DNA of 64,000 bases from Bythopirellula sp. (GTDB taxonomy: Bacteria > Planctomycetota > Planctomycetia > Pirellulales > Lacipirellulaceae), in NCBI GenBank assembly GCA_965216565.1, contig OZ244170.1, forward strand, positions 3,008,001-3,072,000, given 5' to 3'. Positions 12,408 to 22,785 of the stretch are shown here, in pieces (the stretch's first letter is position 1; the number at the start of each line of letters is the position of its first letter). A program made the position numbers and the translations under genes. Under the pieces are notes generated by a model. It made no database searches. It saw only the letters and a list, made by a program, of their open reading frames with translations, and had not been told where the DNA came from.

Positions 12408-14120
12408 TTACTGTTGGGGCTCTTCATCTAGCAACATGTGCGTGGCACTGGTGGGCAGCGCCAATCGAATTTCAGCAGCCCCGAGCGCTTTGATGATCTG
12501 CATGTTTAGCTTCTCAGCAAAAGCGACATACTGCCAGTAGTCGGGAGGATGGTACCAGTAGAAGATTCTGATGCGAAGCGAATCGCGATTGAATTCGTCG
12601 AAGAATACGCGTGGTGGATAGTCATGATCCATACCCTCGTGATCCTGCAATAGACCCCGTATCACCTCTACTGCACGCTGCACCTTGTCAGCAGGGGTGT
12701 CAAGCTCCAGGGCGACACTCGTACAACGGCGAATGTGGGGGCGACGGCCCACATTTTCGATATGTGTTCGAGCCATGTCCTCGTTGGGTATCGTTACCTG
12801 ATGTCCGGTTAGCAACCGCAGCCGCGTTGACCGCAATCCAATCTCTTCCACGGTGCCATCGTATCCTTTGGTTACAATCCGTTCTCCCACGCGATAGGGT
12901 TTGTCTAAGAAGATCATCATGCTACCGAAGAGATTCTTCAACGCGTCCTGAGCGGCAAGCGCTAAAGCCAATCCACCTACCCCAGCTCCAGCAAGTAGGG
13001 TCGATAAGGGAATTCCAAGCTGTTTGCCGCCCTCGAGAAACACCACCACCGCTGCCACCAAACTTGCCAATCGGCAGCAAACTCGAATGAATTGGGCGTC
13101 CAAACCTTTCGGATGAATTCTTGGCTGGGCGATTATCGATTCCGCAACTCTGGTACCCAAGCCGAGCACCACCACAATTAGGGCCAGCAGACAAACCAAA
13201 TCCAGAAAAATTGTCACCGAATTGAGCACATCGCCACGCAGGGCAAGTTGGTCTAAGACAATCTTCTTAGCGGCAAGCGGAAGAGTGATAGCCGCAACGT
13301 GAAATAGTAGTGAGAAAAAGTATCCGACAACGCTAGTCCCGCGCTGCGACTTCGCCACTCGTCTGCCTATGCGATAGATCGCAAACATGGAACCGAACAA
13401 GACTAACAGAACCAGCAAGAGTCCAATCCACTTCCAGATCGGCGTGTTTAGCACTACCGAACGAGTCCATCCAGGAAAGGAGTGAATCCAGCTATCGGGG
13501 ATCATTGACCCCGCGTTCGACAGATACCAGTCGTAGAGTCCAGGAGTACTGCCAGGTTGGTAGGGAAGATGTCGGACCAACTCAAAATAGTTGCTGGCTT
13601 CCTCAACGGTTGCTGCATCGAATAAGTACTCTCCCTTGCGAGCTCCGTCCGTCACTCGAGAAATTGTGATCTCCGTGTCGGGGATCCTCCAATTTGAAAG
13701 AGGTTCAGTATCGCCATCCGTCGTCAACTGATCCACGCCTGGAATCTCATCCCAGGGCGGAAGTACGATTCGATCCAGGACCTCCTTCAGACAAACTGCC
13801 GATTCTGCTGAGACACCACGCCTCAAAGCCGGAGCAACTTCACTGAGATCCAAGCAACTAACAATCCGGCGTGCAGTCTGGTCCCCGAATTCTCCGTTGA
13901 CTTTCAACTGCTCATACAGCTCGCTCCAAGCCTCCAGATAACTCCGGAGTGTGTCTCGGGGACTAGACGTATTGGCAGGCTCCAGTGGGTTCGCCTGGTT
14001 TTGAGCCACGACTGGGGCTATCGTGATTAACAACATCGCCGCGATCAGATGGCATCGCAAGATAGGTATTCGTGATACGAAAAGCTGGCGATACAGTTGA
14101 CTCGGTATCAGAAGTGTCAT
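12408..14120 (-). CDS. MscS family mechanosensitive channel with large N-terminal periplasmic domain
   Basis: LAGAGVGGLALALAAQD.LKNLFG...DKPYRVGE..GTVEEIGLRSTR; signal peptide and TSSPRDTL motif. Confidence 0.9.
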   Translation of the reverse strand: MTLLIPSQLYRQLFVSRIPILRCHLIAAMLLITIAPVVAQNQANPLEPANTSSPRDTLRSYLEAWSELYEQLKVNGEFGDQTARRIVSCLDLSEVAPALRRGVSAESAVCLKEVLDRIVLPPWDEIPGVDQLTTDGDTEPLSNWRIPDTEITISRVTDGARKGEYLFDAATVEEASNYFELVRHLPYQPGSTPGLYDWYLSNAGSMIPDSWIHSFPGWTRSVVLNTPIWKWIGLLLVLLVLFGSMFAIYRIGRRVAKSQRGTSVVGYFFSLLFHVAAITLPLAAKKIVLDQLALRGDVLNSVTIFLDLVCLLALIVVVLGLGTRVAESIIAQPRIHPKGLDAQFIRVCCRLASLVAAVVVFLEGGKQLGIPLSTLLAGAGVGGLALALAAQDALKNLFGSMMIFLDKPYRVGERIVTKGYDGTVEEIGLRSTRLRLLTGHQVTIPNEDMARTHIENVGRRPHIRRCTSVALELDTPADKVQRAVEVIRGLLQDHEGMDHDYPPRVFFDEFNRDSLRIRIFYWYHPPDYWQYVAFAEKLNMQIIKALGAAEIRLALPTSATHMLLDEEPQQ

Positions 14121-14237
14121 TATTTTCGCGCTATAGAATTACCATGTCGACCGACGAGAACCTGTAGACTTAGTATAACTAGCCTGACAGATCGGTGAAA
14201 AAACGATCTTTCTCCCAAAGCTAACGCCATAACTACC

Positions 14238-15107
14238 ATGCAAAAACTGATCTTTGGCTGTGGATACCTGGGGTGCCGTGTGGCAGAACTTTGGAAACAG
14301 CAGGGCGCAGACGTGACGGTTGTCACCCGCAGCCAAGACCATGCCCAAGGATTTGAACACCGGGGCTATCAAGCAATTGTCGCGGACGTCACTAAGCCAG
14401 ACACGCTCTCCGATTTGCCCACTGCCGACACGGTACTGTTTGCCGTGGGATACGACCGTTCGTCCGACGATTCGATCTCAGATGTTTATGCGGAGGGGGT
14501 CAAGAATGTCTTGACCGCGTTGCCAACTGATACCGGCAGTTTCACGTACATCAGCACGACGGGAGTGTATGGCACGGCAGATGGCGGCTGGGTCGACGAA
14601 TCGACCTCGCCTGCCCCCAAACGTGACGGTGGCAAGGCCTCGCTGGCAGCAGAGCAAATTCTCGCAAACCACCCTCTCGGCAAAGCCGCCGTCATGTTAC
14701 GACTCGCGGGCATCTATGGTCCTGGGCGGATTCCTTATCTCGACAAACTCCGCGCCGGAGAACCGATAGCAGCCCCAAGTGCCGGGTGGCTCAATCTAGT
14801 GCATGTCGACGATGCGGCCAGCATCGTCCTCAACACCGAGGCGTGGCAATCAAAATCAGCAGAAGACGGCCCCCATCTGTTTTGCGTTAGCGATGGCCAC
14901 CCCGTCGTGAGGGCGAACTACTATCGCGAGGTTGCCCGGCTCATCGGTGCCGATCCGCCCAACTTCACCGAACCCGATCCGTTGTCGCCAGCAGCACTGC
15001 GGGCCGGTGTGAATCGTCGCGTGTCCAACGAAAAGCTATTGAAAACGGTCAACGTGAAATTCAAATACCCCACGTACCGCGAGGGGCTCAAGGTTATCCT
15101 GAGCTAG
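14238..15107 (+). CDS. NAD-dependent epimerase/atypical SDR (YeeZ-like)
   Basis: IFGCGYLG, YISTTGVYG, LRLAGIYGPGR, HVDDAA, YPTYREGL. Confidence 0.88.
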   Translation: MQKLIFGCGYLGCRVAELWKQQGADVTVVTRSQDHAQGFEHRGYQAIVADVTKPDTLSDLPTADTVLFAVGYDRSSDDSISDVYAEGVKNVLTALPTDTGSFTYISTTGVYGTADGGWVDESTSPAPKRDGGKASLAAEQILANHPLGKAAVMLRLAGIYGPGRIPYLDKLRAGEPIAAPSAGWLNLVHVDDAASIVLNTEAWQSKSAEDGPHLFCVSDGHPVVRANYYREVARLIGADPPNFTEPDPLSPAALRAGVNRRVSNEKLLKTVNVKFKYPTYREGLKVILS

Positions 15108-15150
15108 GTGAATTCGTTCACCACTTCTTTGCAGAATACGCGAAGCGATC

Positions 15151-15536
15151 TGTCATCTCGCCGTAGCGGGTCGCCTGCGGAGACCTGAGGTCTGCCGAAG
15201 GATCTAGCCAGCGCTAGCGGTGCCTAGCTCAATCATTACGCTAAACCGACAGTACACGAACACTACGGCGCTGGGTGAGCTTGAAATGGGGACTGGCTCG
15301 TGATTGCAGAGTTATGTTTTGGGAATTGATTAAACGTAGCTAAAATCACGTGCCTGTCCCCATTTCAAGCGGAAGTTACAGGTGGTCCGTCGAAAAAAGG
15401 GACAGGCACGACAACGTTGCGTGCGACGAGGGCTCAAACCGTGTTCGAGCGTCGAGCCAGTCCCTATTTTCGACTCTCAACTCGGCGCTATTGCACTAGG
15501 TCCAGCTAGAATTTCTCGGCAGACCTCGAAATGACA
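15151..15536. repeat. Nested palindromic repeat cluster: outer TGTCAT...ATGACA element enclosing two GGGAC(A/T)GGC elements
   Basis: Outer arms GAGGTCTGCCGA..ATCTAGC / GCTAGAATTTCTCGGCAGACCTC; inner inverted repeats at 15279-15370 and 15377-15476. Confidence 0.75.
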
Positions 15537-15750
15537 TAGTGTGTCTCTATTCCTGACACTCTCTTCATCCAACAGAAAAGTTATTCCGCCGCGCTGTTGA
15601 GAACCATTCTCGATTACGGTTTCATTCGCGAATTAGTCACGACAGCTTGCGGAGCCGGAGACTCGACCTTTAGAATCGCAAGAGATTCAGGTAACTCTCA
15701 CGGCGCGGTTTGTGCCTTCCCATCTTCAACCGACAGGCCCAAAGAAAAAG

Positions 15751-16533
15751 ATGCTCGAACGGACTCCCCTCTTCCCCAATGTGATCGAACTGAATCATCA
15801 GGCTCGGCGGCGGATCACCTGCAGTGCGTATCTGATCTACGACGACAACGAGTGGGCTCTGTTCGATATCGGTTACGAAGATGCCGTCGACGATTGCATC
15901 GAGCTAATTCGCGAACTCGATTTTCCATTCAGCAAATGCAAGACGCTGATCGCCTCGCATGCCGACGTCGACCATATTCAAGGATTGTCCAAGGCCAAGC
16001 AGATCCTAAAGACCACCGTCACCAGCCATCCCGAGGCCGCCACCTACCTGGAATCGGGCGACCGACTGGCCACCTTTGCAGAGATCTCCGCTCAAGACAT
16101 TCACCTGGAGATGCCACCCGTGGCTGTTGAGCACAAAGTGGTCGACGGCGACAAGATCCAAGTGGGCAATCTGGAATTAGAAGTCTGGCACACGCCTGGG
16201 CATACCGACGGCCAGCTCTCGCTCCGCATGGGCGATTTGCTCTTCTCCGGAGACAACATTTTCCGCGATGGCTGCGTTGGCGCCATCGATGCCCACCACG
16301 GCAGCAGCATTCCTGATTTCATCAGCTCGCTGAAACGCATCCAACAGAGCGATGCCAAGTGGCTTCTGCCCAGCCACGGCCCTGTCTTCCGCAAAGATAA
16401 CGACCTGATTGCCCGCACCATCGAGCGGCTCGAAGGCTATCTGCACATGGCCGATTTCGGCACGTGTGCGATCGATTGGCCGCTGATGGACGAGTGGGAG
16501 CGCGAGCTGGTCGAGGGCAAGATTCCGGAGTAA
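15751..16533 (+). CDS. Metallo-beta-lactamase fold hydrolase
   Basis: [23 protein letters not shown] motifs; ATG at 15751. Confidence 0.88.
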   Translation: MLERTPLFPNVIELNHQARRRITCSAYLIYDDNEWALFDIGYEDAVDDCIELIRELDFPFSKCKTLIASHADVDHIQGLSKAKQILKTTVTSHPEAATYLESGDRLATFAEISAQDIHLEMPPVAVEHKVVDGDKIQVGNLELEVWHTPGHTDGQLSLRMGDLLFSGDNIFRDGCVGAIDAHHGSSIPDFISSLKRIQQSDAKWLLPSHGPVFRKDNDLIARTIERLEGYLHMADFGTCAIDWPLMDEWERELVEGKIPE

Positions 16534-16791
16534 TTGCATCCGGAACCAGGGTCGGTGGGGGCTCACTACGTTCAATCCCAGCCACCCAGCCACTCACCCT
16601 GCTATCGTTGCTAGCCGATCGCGGCAAACTCTGCACAAAAATCTACTTCTGCCGATTGTGCCGGATATTCCCTCAACCTCAAGTTTGCCGCGGACCGATC
16701 TCTATCTTTGGAATCACTCGTCCAAAAGCTGTGCCACCCGCGCGCACCGCCTTTCTGGACAGACCCATAGAGAATCGAGGGGGGAACTTCG

Positions 16792-17121
16792 ATGGTCCGC
16801 AGGATCTTATTTGCCTCGTGCTTGTTGGCAGCTACCGCATGCTGCTGCTCCCAAGCCAACCAGGCAGCCGCGCAACAGGCTTATGGCCGAGCTTGGGGTC
16901 AAACCTATTCGACCCAAGACTGGAATCGCTTCTACCACTATCCCTACGTGTACTACCCCCAGAACTTCTGGGGCAACGAGTACTACCGCAGCGCAGATAG
17001 CCTGTACTACAGATATCCGCCTGAGATGCGGATTCCGGTCTACAATCGCCGCTGGCACAACTACTACCCGAACCGCCGCAAGTACCACTCCGGCCATCAC
17101 TTTGTGCTCGACGTATTTTGA
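16792..17121 (+). CDS. Small secreted Tyr/Arg-rich planctomycete protein of unknown function
   Basis: Signal peptide then RFYHYPYVYYPQNFWG...YHSGHHFVLDVF; SD-like GAGGGGG upstream. Confidence 0.7.
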   Translation: MVRRILFASCLLAATACCCSQANQAAAQQAYGRAWGQTYSTQDWNRFYHYPYVYYPQNFWGNEYYRSADSLYYRYPPEMRIPVYNRRWHNYYPNRRKYHSGHHFVLDVF

Positions 17122-17184
17122 GCAGCATGCAAATGAGATTTAAGGGTTAGCCGCGACGCTACGCGTCGCCGGTAGCCAAAGCTC

Positions 17185-18414
17185 TCAGCTTGTCACTAAC
17201 CGACAAAGAATCTCCACCGCCAGCGAAAGCTGCGCCTCGTCGATCCACTCATCCTCAGTGTGCGCCTGGGCGATTGATCCTGGACCGAACACGACCGTGG
17301 GGATTCCAAGCGCTGCGATCTCTGGCGCGTCCGTGCCATAAGGAGCACCCTGAATTTGCGAGGGTGCTCCGCAGTCGCGTGTCACTGCAGTAATACGTTC
17401 GCCCAGCTGGCGATTGTCATTGCCCTGGAGAGTACCGCTTTTCAGCCAGGGCAATTCGTGCTCTACGCGAGCTTTGCCCATCGTGGCATGCGTGGCGATC
17501 CAGTCGATCAATTCCTGGTAGGCGCTCTTGGCAAATTCACCAGGTGCCAGCCGACGGTCGATGTCGATCACTACCTCGTCGGGGACTGTGTTCACTCCCG
17601 TTCCACCTTGGATGGTGCTGACGGAAACGGACGGCTTGCCACACAGCGGGTGTGCTTCGCGGGTCGCCAGAATCTCTCGGTGATAACGCTCAACAGCCTG
17701 CACGACGTTCGACATCGCATAGATGGCGTTCACGCCCTCGTCCGGACGAGAAGTATGCGCCGCACGGCCCCGGGTGCGACACTTCCAGCGGACCACTCCT
17801 TGATGGGCAACTACAACATTCAGCGATGTCGGCTCGGCAACGATCGCTTCAGTCGGCCTGAGCGCTCGCAACTCTTCCAAGGGTAACGGACCACTGCAGG
17901 GGCTCAACTCCTCAGAACTAACCTCGGGATCCCAAAGTCGGCTTAGTGCTGTAGCCCCAGTGAACCCACATTCCTCATTGACCGTAAACGCCAGGAGCAG
18001 CGCCGCGTCCTGCCTGGTGGAGTTCTCCGAGACTCGCGCCGCCGCAGCCAGGATGGACGCCATGCCACCTTTGACATCGCACGCCCCCCTGCCCCAAATA
18101 CGCCCATCTCGGCTTACGCCTGCAAAGGGATCGATCGTCATCCCGCCCACTCCAACAGTATCCTGGTGGGCTTCCCAGAGCTGGACAGACAGTGGGTCGG
18201 CAGACGGTCCACGGGGCACTCTCACCAGCAGATTATCTCGGCCAGGATGAACCTGTTGCCGTAACCAGGGCCAATGTCGATCCTGACAGTATGAAACCAG
18301 GAATTCTGTAACGGCCGCTTCGCCAGAAAATTCTTCTGAGTCTTCACATAGCTTGGGGTTTACACTGGGAAGCTGGACCAGTTTTTGCAGTAAGTCCTTT
18401 TCAGTCGGCAACAT
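17185..18414 (-). CDS. M20 family peptidase/deacylase (ArgE/DapE-like)
   Basis: EAHQDTV, GRGACDVKGG, VNEECG, AEPT, GRAAH, GTDA, GPGSIAQAHT.DEW. Confidence 0.9.
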   Translation of the reverse strand: MLPTEKDLLQKLVQLPSVNPKLCEDSEEFSGEAAVTEFLVSYCQDRHWPWLRQQVHPGRDNLLVRVPRGPSADPLSVQLWEAHQDTVGVGGMTIDPFAGVSRDGRIWGRGACDVKGGMASILAAAARVSENSTRQDAALLLAFTVNEECGFTGATALSRLWDPEVSSEELSPCSGPLPLEELRALRPTEAIVAEPTSLNVVVAHQGVVRWKCRTRGRAAHTSRPDEGVNAIYAMSNVVQAVERYHREILATREAHPLCGKPSVSVSTIQGGTGVNTVPDEVVIDIDRRLAPGEFAKSAYQELIDWIATHATMGKARVEHELPWLKSGTLQGNDNRQLGERITAVTRDCGAPSQIQGAPYGTDAPEIAALGIPTVVFGPGSIAQAHTEDEWIDEAQLSLAVEILCRLVTS

Positions 18415-18524
18415 ACGTCGATTTCGTTGATTTTGGGGGACTCGAGGATCGTTAGATGTTAAGCCGAAAATACCGCTAGAAGGGCAAAGAAAGTACTTTT
18501 TTTCCGGTATTCCGGACTAAACGT

Positions 18525-18553
18525 TTGCGTTGAATGACCAGTCGCGTTAAACT
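18525..18553 (+). promoter_or_regulatory. Candidate sigma70 promoter (TTGCGT-17-TAAACT)
   Basis: -35 at 18525-18530 and -10 at 18548-18553 with 17-bp spacing. Confidence 0.5.
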
Positions 18554-18559
18554 CGTAGC

Positions 18560-18625
18560 TGCGTGGGGTTCCTGCGCACTATTACCCTCTGTGGGTCGCT
18601 GCCCCACCCACAGAGGGCTTTTTTA
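18560..18625 (+). ncRNA. Candidate ~65-nt small RNA or attenuator
   Basis: Follows the promoter; 5' hairpin TGCGTGGG-GTT-CCTGCGCA, then terminator CCCTCTGTGGGT-CGCTGCCCC-ACCCACAGAGGG-CTTTTTT; no ORF. Confidence 0.4.
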
Positions 18626-18974
18626 TGCGCAGACAGTCAGATCTAGCCAGCGTTCGTGCTAGCTTTTAAGGGTTTTCTTCCAATTCCAAGGTCGGCTGCA
18701 CGACCCGAAAATACCTCAGCGACTTCCGATTATTTGGCCCTCTTCTGGCCAACGACAGGCGGATCCCCTCCGGCCTCGTAATTTTTTCGATTCCTCAGCA
18801 ATCTTCCAGAGATTCGCTAAGCTCGGCTGTCAACTCCTTGGCAACGAAATGAAGGCAGATAAGGTAAGAGCATGGCTACAAAGTAGTCGCCACCCGCCTT
18901 CACGTTCTTGCCGCAGCTAAGGCCATTGCTCACACGGGGTACGAAGATCGCCCCAAATTCCAGGAGTTTTCAGA

Positions 18975-20054
18975 ATGTCTGACAGTACGGTCGATCCCGC
19001 CACAGTTCAACAAATCGTCGGCGACTATAGCGACCCAGAAACTGGTCGCCCGCTGAAAGCGATGGAGCAGGTTCAATCTTGCTCAGTCGACGGCAACAAG
19101 GTTGCGATCACAGTAGGGTTAACCACTTACTCTGCACCCTTGTGGGAAGAAACCCGTCAACAGATTCAAGATCAAGTGAAATCGAGAGTGCCCGGCGTCG
19201 CGGAGGTTTCTGTCGACATTGTGGAACACGATCGTCCGGCAGAGCCCATTGGTACGATCGGTTTGAAGGCTAAGAGCGTGATCGCGGTCGGCTCAGGCAA
19301 AGGGGGCGTGGGCAAGAGCACCATCGCCGCCTCGGTCGCATTAGGACTGAAAAAAGCGGGATGCAAGGTGGGGCTGATGGACGCTGACGTCTATGGACCA
19401 AGTATTCCCCACCTGTTGGGAGTCGACGAAAAACCAAGCGCCATTGAGAACCGTTTGCAGCCAGTACTCTCTAACGGTATGCCGGTTATGAGCATGGGCT
19501 TCCTCGTACCACCGGGCGAAGCGGTCGTGTGGCGGGGCCCAATGTTGCACGGCGCTATCACACAGTTCTTGCGAGATACCGACTGGGGAGACCTCGATTA
19601 CTTAATCATCGATATGCCCCCAGGCACGGGAGACATCGCTCTAACATTGTCGCAACTATTGCCGCTTACAGGAGCCGTTGTGGTTTGCACCCCTCAAGAA
19701 GTTGCACTATTGGACGCCGTGAAAGCTGCCGCCATGTTCCGCAAAGTGAATATCCCCATATTGGGAATGGTCGAAAACATGAGCTACTTTTTATGTCCCG
19801 ATAACGGCAAGCGCTACGACATCTTTGGTTCTGGTGGAGCACGCGAAAAAGCTTCCGAGCTGGATATACCTTTCTTAGGCGAAGTGCCGATTGAGATTGC
19901 CATTCGCGAGCGCGGCGATGCCGGGGATACCGAGGGCAACTTTACCGATGGCCAAAGCGCGCCACATTTCGAGAGAATTTGCTACAGCCTGGCCAAGCAG
20001 ATTTCTAGCAGCCGCGCAACGGAACCCCCCATGCCCTCGCTCTCGGTTTTGTAA
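18975..20054 (+). CDS. mrp: Mrp/ApbC (NBP35) iron-sulfur cluster carrier ATPase
   Basis: GSGKGGVGKST, DADVYGPS, WRGPM, DMPPGTGD, ENMSYF.CP; N-terminal DUF59-like domain. Confidence 0.93.
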   Translation: MSDSTVDPATVQQIVGDYSDPETGRPLKAMEQVQSCSVDGNKVAITVGLTTYSAPLWEETRQQIQDQVKSRVPGVAEVSVDIVEHDRPAEPIGTIGLKAKSVIAVGSGKGGVGKSTIAASVALGLKKAGCKVGLMDADVYGPSIPHLLGVDEKPSAIENRLQPVLSNGMPVMSMGFLVPPGEAVVWRGPMLHGAITQFLRDTDWGDLDYLIIDMPPGTGDIALTLSQLLPLTGAVVVCTPQEVALLDAVKAAAMFRKVNIPILGMVENMSYFLCPDNGKRYDIFGSGGAREKASELDIPFLGEVPIEIAIRERGDAGDTEGNFTDGQSAPHFERICYSLAKQISSSRATEPPMPSLSVL

Positions 20055-20247
20055 CCTGAGACGGATTGGCGAGCGGTGGGAAACTTGTCGATAGCCCTTT
20101 CACCGCACGCTCGAAGAGAGGGCTTTTTTCGAGAAGCTCGGCAGCTAGCATTGTCCAACAAAAAAAACGGCCAGCCGCGCAAGGCGACTGACCGTGTTTT
20201 CTGCTTGGGTCACCCAAAAGGACGACCTACAAGAAGAATCGAAGGAT

Positions 20248-20535
20248 CTACTTCTTCTTCTTACGACGAGTAGCCTTCTTCTTCTTCTTTTTCTTAGTGG
20301 TCTTCTTCTTGGCTGCCTTACGCTTCTTCTTTTTCTTAGCGGTCTTTTTCTTGGCTGCCTTCTTCTTTTTCTTCTTCTTAGTAGCCTTCTTCTTCTTGGC
20401 TGCTTTCTTCTTCTTACGCTTAGTTGTCTTCTTCTTGGCTGCCTTCTTCTTCTTCTTTTTCTTTACGGCTTTTCTTTTAGCCGACTTTTTCTTGGCTGTC
20501 TTTTTCTTGGCAGCCTTTCGTTTCTTTTTAGCCAC
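20248..20535 (-). CDS. Lys-rich histone H1-like (putative nucleoid-condensing) protein
   Basis: GTG start with GGAGG SD; 67 of 95 residues are K/R and none is acidic; repeating K-runs separated by AA/TA/TT. Confidence 0.8.
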   Translation of the reverse strand: MAKKKRKAAKKKTAKKKSAKRKAVKKKKKKKAAKKKTTKRKKKKAAKKKKATKKKKKKKAAKKKTAKKKKKRKAAKKKTTKKKKKKKATRRKKKK

Positions 20536-20928
20536 TTAAACATCCTCCATAGAGAGTTAGCAGTGATCCGCTACACCTGGGAAGAGAATCACTTCTGAGA
20601 AAACATGCCGCTCTTCCAAAAACAGCACGACATTTCATTGCATAAAGAAATCAAAATCCATCTCGTGTTTTTTTCTCCTATCAAGTCTCTCGAAAGAGAA
20701 TCACAAGCAAGACTTGATCGTCACGTTAAGAAGTTCGTGTCGGAATTAGTATCGGAACACTTCTTCCTATATCGTGAACCTCTGGCCGTATTTGTACGAA
20801 TTCACAACGATAGTGCAACACATTTTGGCGATTTTTTTTCGCGCCAGATGAATTTTTTCTTCAATCGAGACACGCAAAGTCAATCCAAACAATACGCGCG
20901 ACCCATTTCTTTGATGCAAAGCAAGAAA

Positions 20929-21699
20929 TTAATACAAAAAAATCTTCGTGCGATCATTCAACCAACCAACCGGCTGCTTCGAGCGCCGTTGCACCCCAAA
21001 GAACGTCGAACTTGCCGGTTCGAGGAGTCGTAAATACGTACTCTGCAGCCAAGAAAATCTTTCCCTCTGTTCAAGCACATTGAAATCGCGGAGTTCGTTG
21101 AGCAAGCCGACCCAGTAATGATCTAAACACTGTCGTCGAGGGTGAATGGGATCGAGCCCATACCATTGGGAAGAGACTGAAAAAATAGGGGTGTGGCGCG
21201 CATCAGCGAGTTGTTTCAAACTTCGGCTAACCTGCTCGGCGCGCGTCACAAGTTCGGCCTTTTCAAGACGACAATAAGGGAACAGCACCCGTCGAAACAT
21301 TCGGAATCGGCGCTCATCGAGTGCTCGAAGTGGTTCGAGTGGCAAGTCGGAAATCACGATGTCGGCATTGATCTCAAGCAGAGCATCAACACACCGCGTT
21401 ACCCACTCCAAAACTTGATCAACGGGCACTTCATAACCCAAATCGTTGCCAATATCGGTTATCAAAGCGGAAGTTGGCGCAGGTTTTGCTTCTCGAAGCG
21501 CGTCCCATAATCCACAGGAAAAAATTCCTGGAAATTTTTTTCCAAAACTTCCCGAATTGAGTCCGAACGAACGTCCGGCGCCTTTTGCAGCGTAGATCGT
21601 GAGTTCTTCATCAAAAGAACTCTTCGCCAAGGAAACGAGACGCGGAAAACCTCGCGACAAGTTACTCGCACCAAGAAAAACCAAGTTTCGATGCATCAC
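20929..21699 (-). CDS. SGNH/GDSL-like hypothetical protein
   Basis: VFLGASN, ITDIGNDL and DPIHP blocks resemble SGNH motifs. Confidence 0.6.
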   Translation of the reverse strand: MMHRNLVFLGASNLSRGFPRLVSLAKSSFDEELTIYAAKGAGRSFGLNSGSFGKKFPGIFSCGLWDALREAKPAPTSALITDIGNDLGYEVPVDQVLEWVTRCVDALLEINADIVISDLPLEPLRALDERRFRMFRRVLFPYCRLEKAELVTRAEQVSRSLKQLADARHTPIFSVSSQWYGLDPIHPRRQCLDHYWVGLLNELRDFNVLEQRERFSWLQSTYLRLLEPASSTFFGVQRRSKQPVGWLNDRTKIFLY

Positions 21700-21847
21700 T
21701 CGCGCTACTTATTGCAGACCATATATGTTGTGAAGAAGTCCGTAATAACGCAATCTTTACCTAGATATTGTGCCACGAGTTTAAACTAGGTAAGCCACGC
21801 ATATTTTTCGGCGCACTCAACAAGTGTTATCCGTTGTTGCGATTGTT

Positions 21848-22624
21848 CTACCAAATCGACGCTTGGTAGGCCTGCAGCGTGCGATAACTCGAGTACGAAA
21901 GGTAGCCGAAGAACACAGCAACAAAAATCGAACCCCACGACAGGCCTACTAGAACCATTGCCGCGGCACAAATCATGGAGATTTTCAGCGAAAGCAGGAT
22001 GCCCCGCTGCGGATGGGACAGTTGGCAAACTTCGCGCGAGATTCGTCCCCCATCCAGTGGATAGATGGGCAGCAAATTCACGAGCCCCCACAGGATGTTG
22101 ATCTGGATCAGGCCTCCCAGTAAGAAGTTGACGATATCCGCCGCAAATGGCTCCCAATAGAATGTCAGCCCTAACATTCGCAGAGGGATTACGCTTTCGA
22201 CCCCAAGCGACGCAAAGTCGATCTTCTCGGACGTCTGAACGCCAATCTGATGACCCACGGTTCTGACACACGCAATCACCAACACAGCCAACAAAAATCC
22301 AGCAACAGGGCCTGCCAGCGATATCTCAATTTGCGCCCGCGGCGAACGATCGCAATCGTCGCACGCGGCCATGCCTCCCATACCGTACAGTGTGATCCGC
22401 GGATGCCCGCCGTAGCGACGTTGCCAAACTGCGTGGCCGAACTCGTGAACTAAGATCGAAACCACAACCGCCACAACCCAAGCCAACAAGGCCGCGGGCG
22501 GAGTTTTTCCGTTCAGGCCAAGCAGAACCGTCATGATCCAAAAGTAAGGGTGAATCCTGACCGGCGTATCGCCTAGCCGAAAGTGGATGTCTCCCTGCGT
22601 GGGAGGCGGTTCATTGAGGAACAC
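21848..22624 (-). CDS. Site-2 protease (M50 family)
   Basis: HEFGH, ISLAGP, NLLPIYPLDGG. Confidence 0.92.
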   Translation of the reverse strand: MFLNEPPPTQGDIHFRLGDTPVRIHPYFWIMTVLLGLNGKTPPAALLAWVVAVVVSILVHEFGHAVWQRRYGGHPRITLYGMGGMAACDDCDRSPRAQIEISLAGPVAGFLLAVLVIACVRTVGHQIGVQTSEKIDFASLGVESVIPLRMLGLTFYWEPFAADIVNFLLGGLIQINILWGLVNLLPIYPLDGGRISREVCQLSHPQRGILLSLKISMICAAAMVLVGLSWGSIFVAVFFGYLSYSSYRTLQAYQASIW

Positions 22625-22785
22625 AGATGTCCTTTCCAGAACGTGTTTGAAATGCGTGTGCCACGGTCGAGGGTGTACCCTATTTGATGTAGCTGGATTC
22701 GCAAGAATTCAGAATGCCAACTGGCTGAATTCTTGCGAATCCAGCTACGGACAATCACGAAAAAAAAGTTGACCTGTCTTGAACC

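Noticed and set aside
20194..20598. Leu/Phe-rich 'membrane protein' ORFs (also 58666-58989)
   Set aside because: Antisense shadows of Lys-rich coding sequence.
20605..21033. 142-aa + strand ORF in AT-rich DNA
   Set aside because: No recognisable motif, overlaps the 3' end of the SGNH-like gene, and covers the likely promoter region of the histone-like gene; probably spurious.
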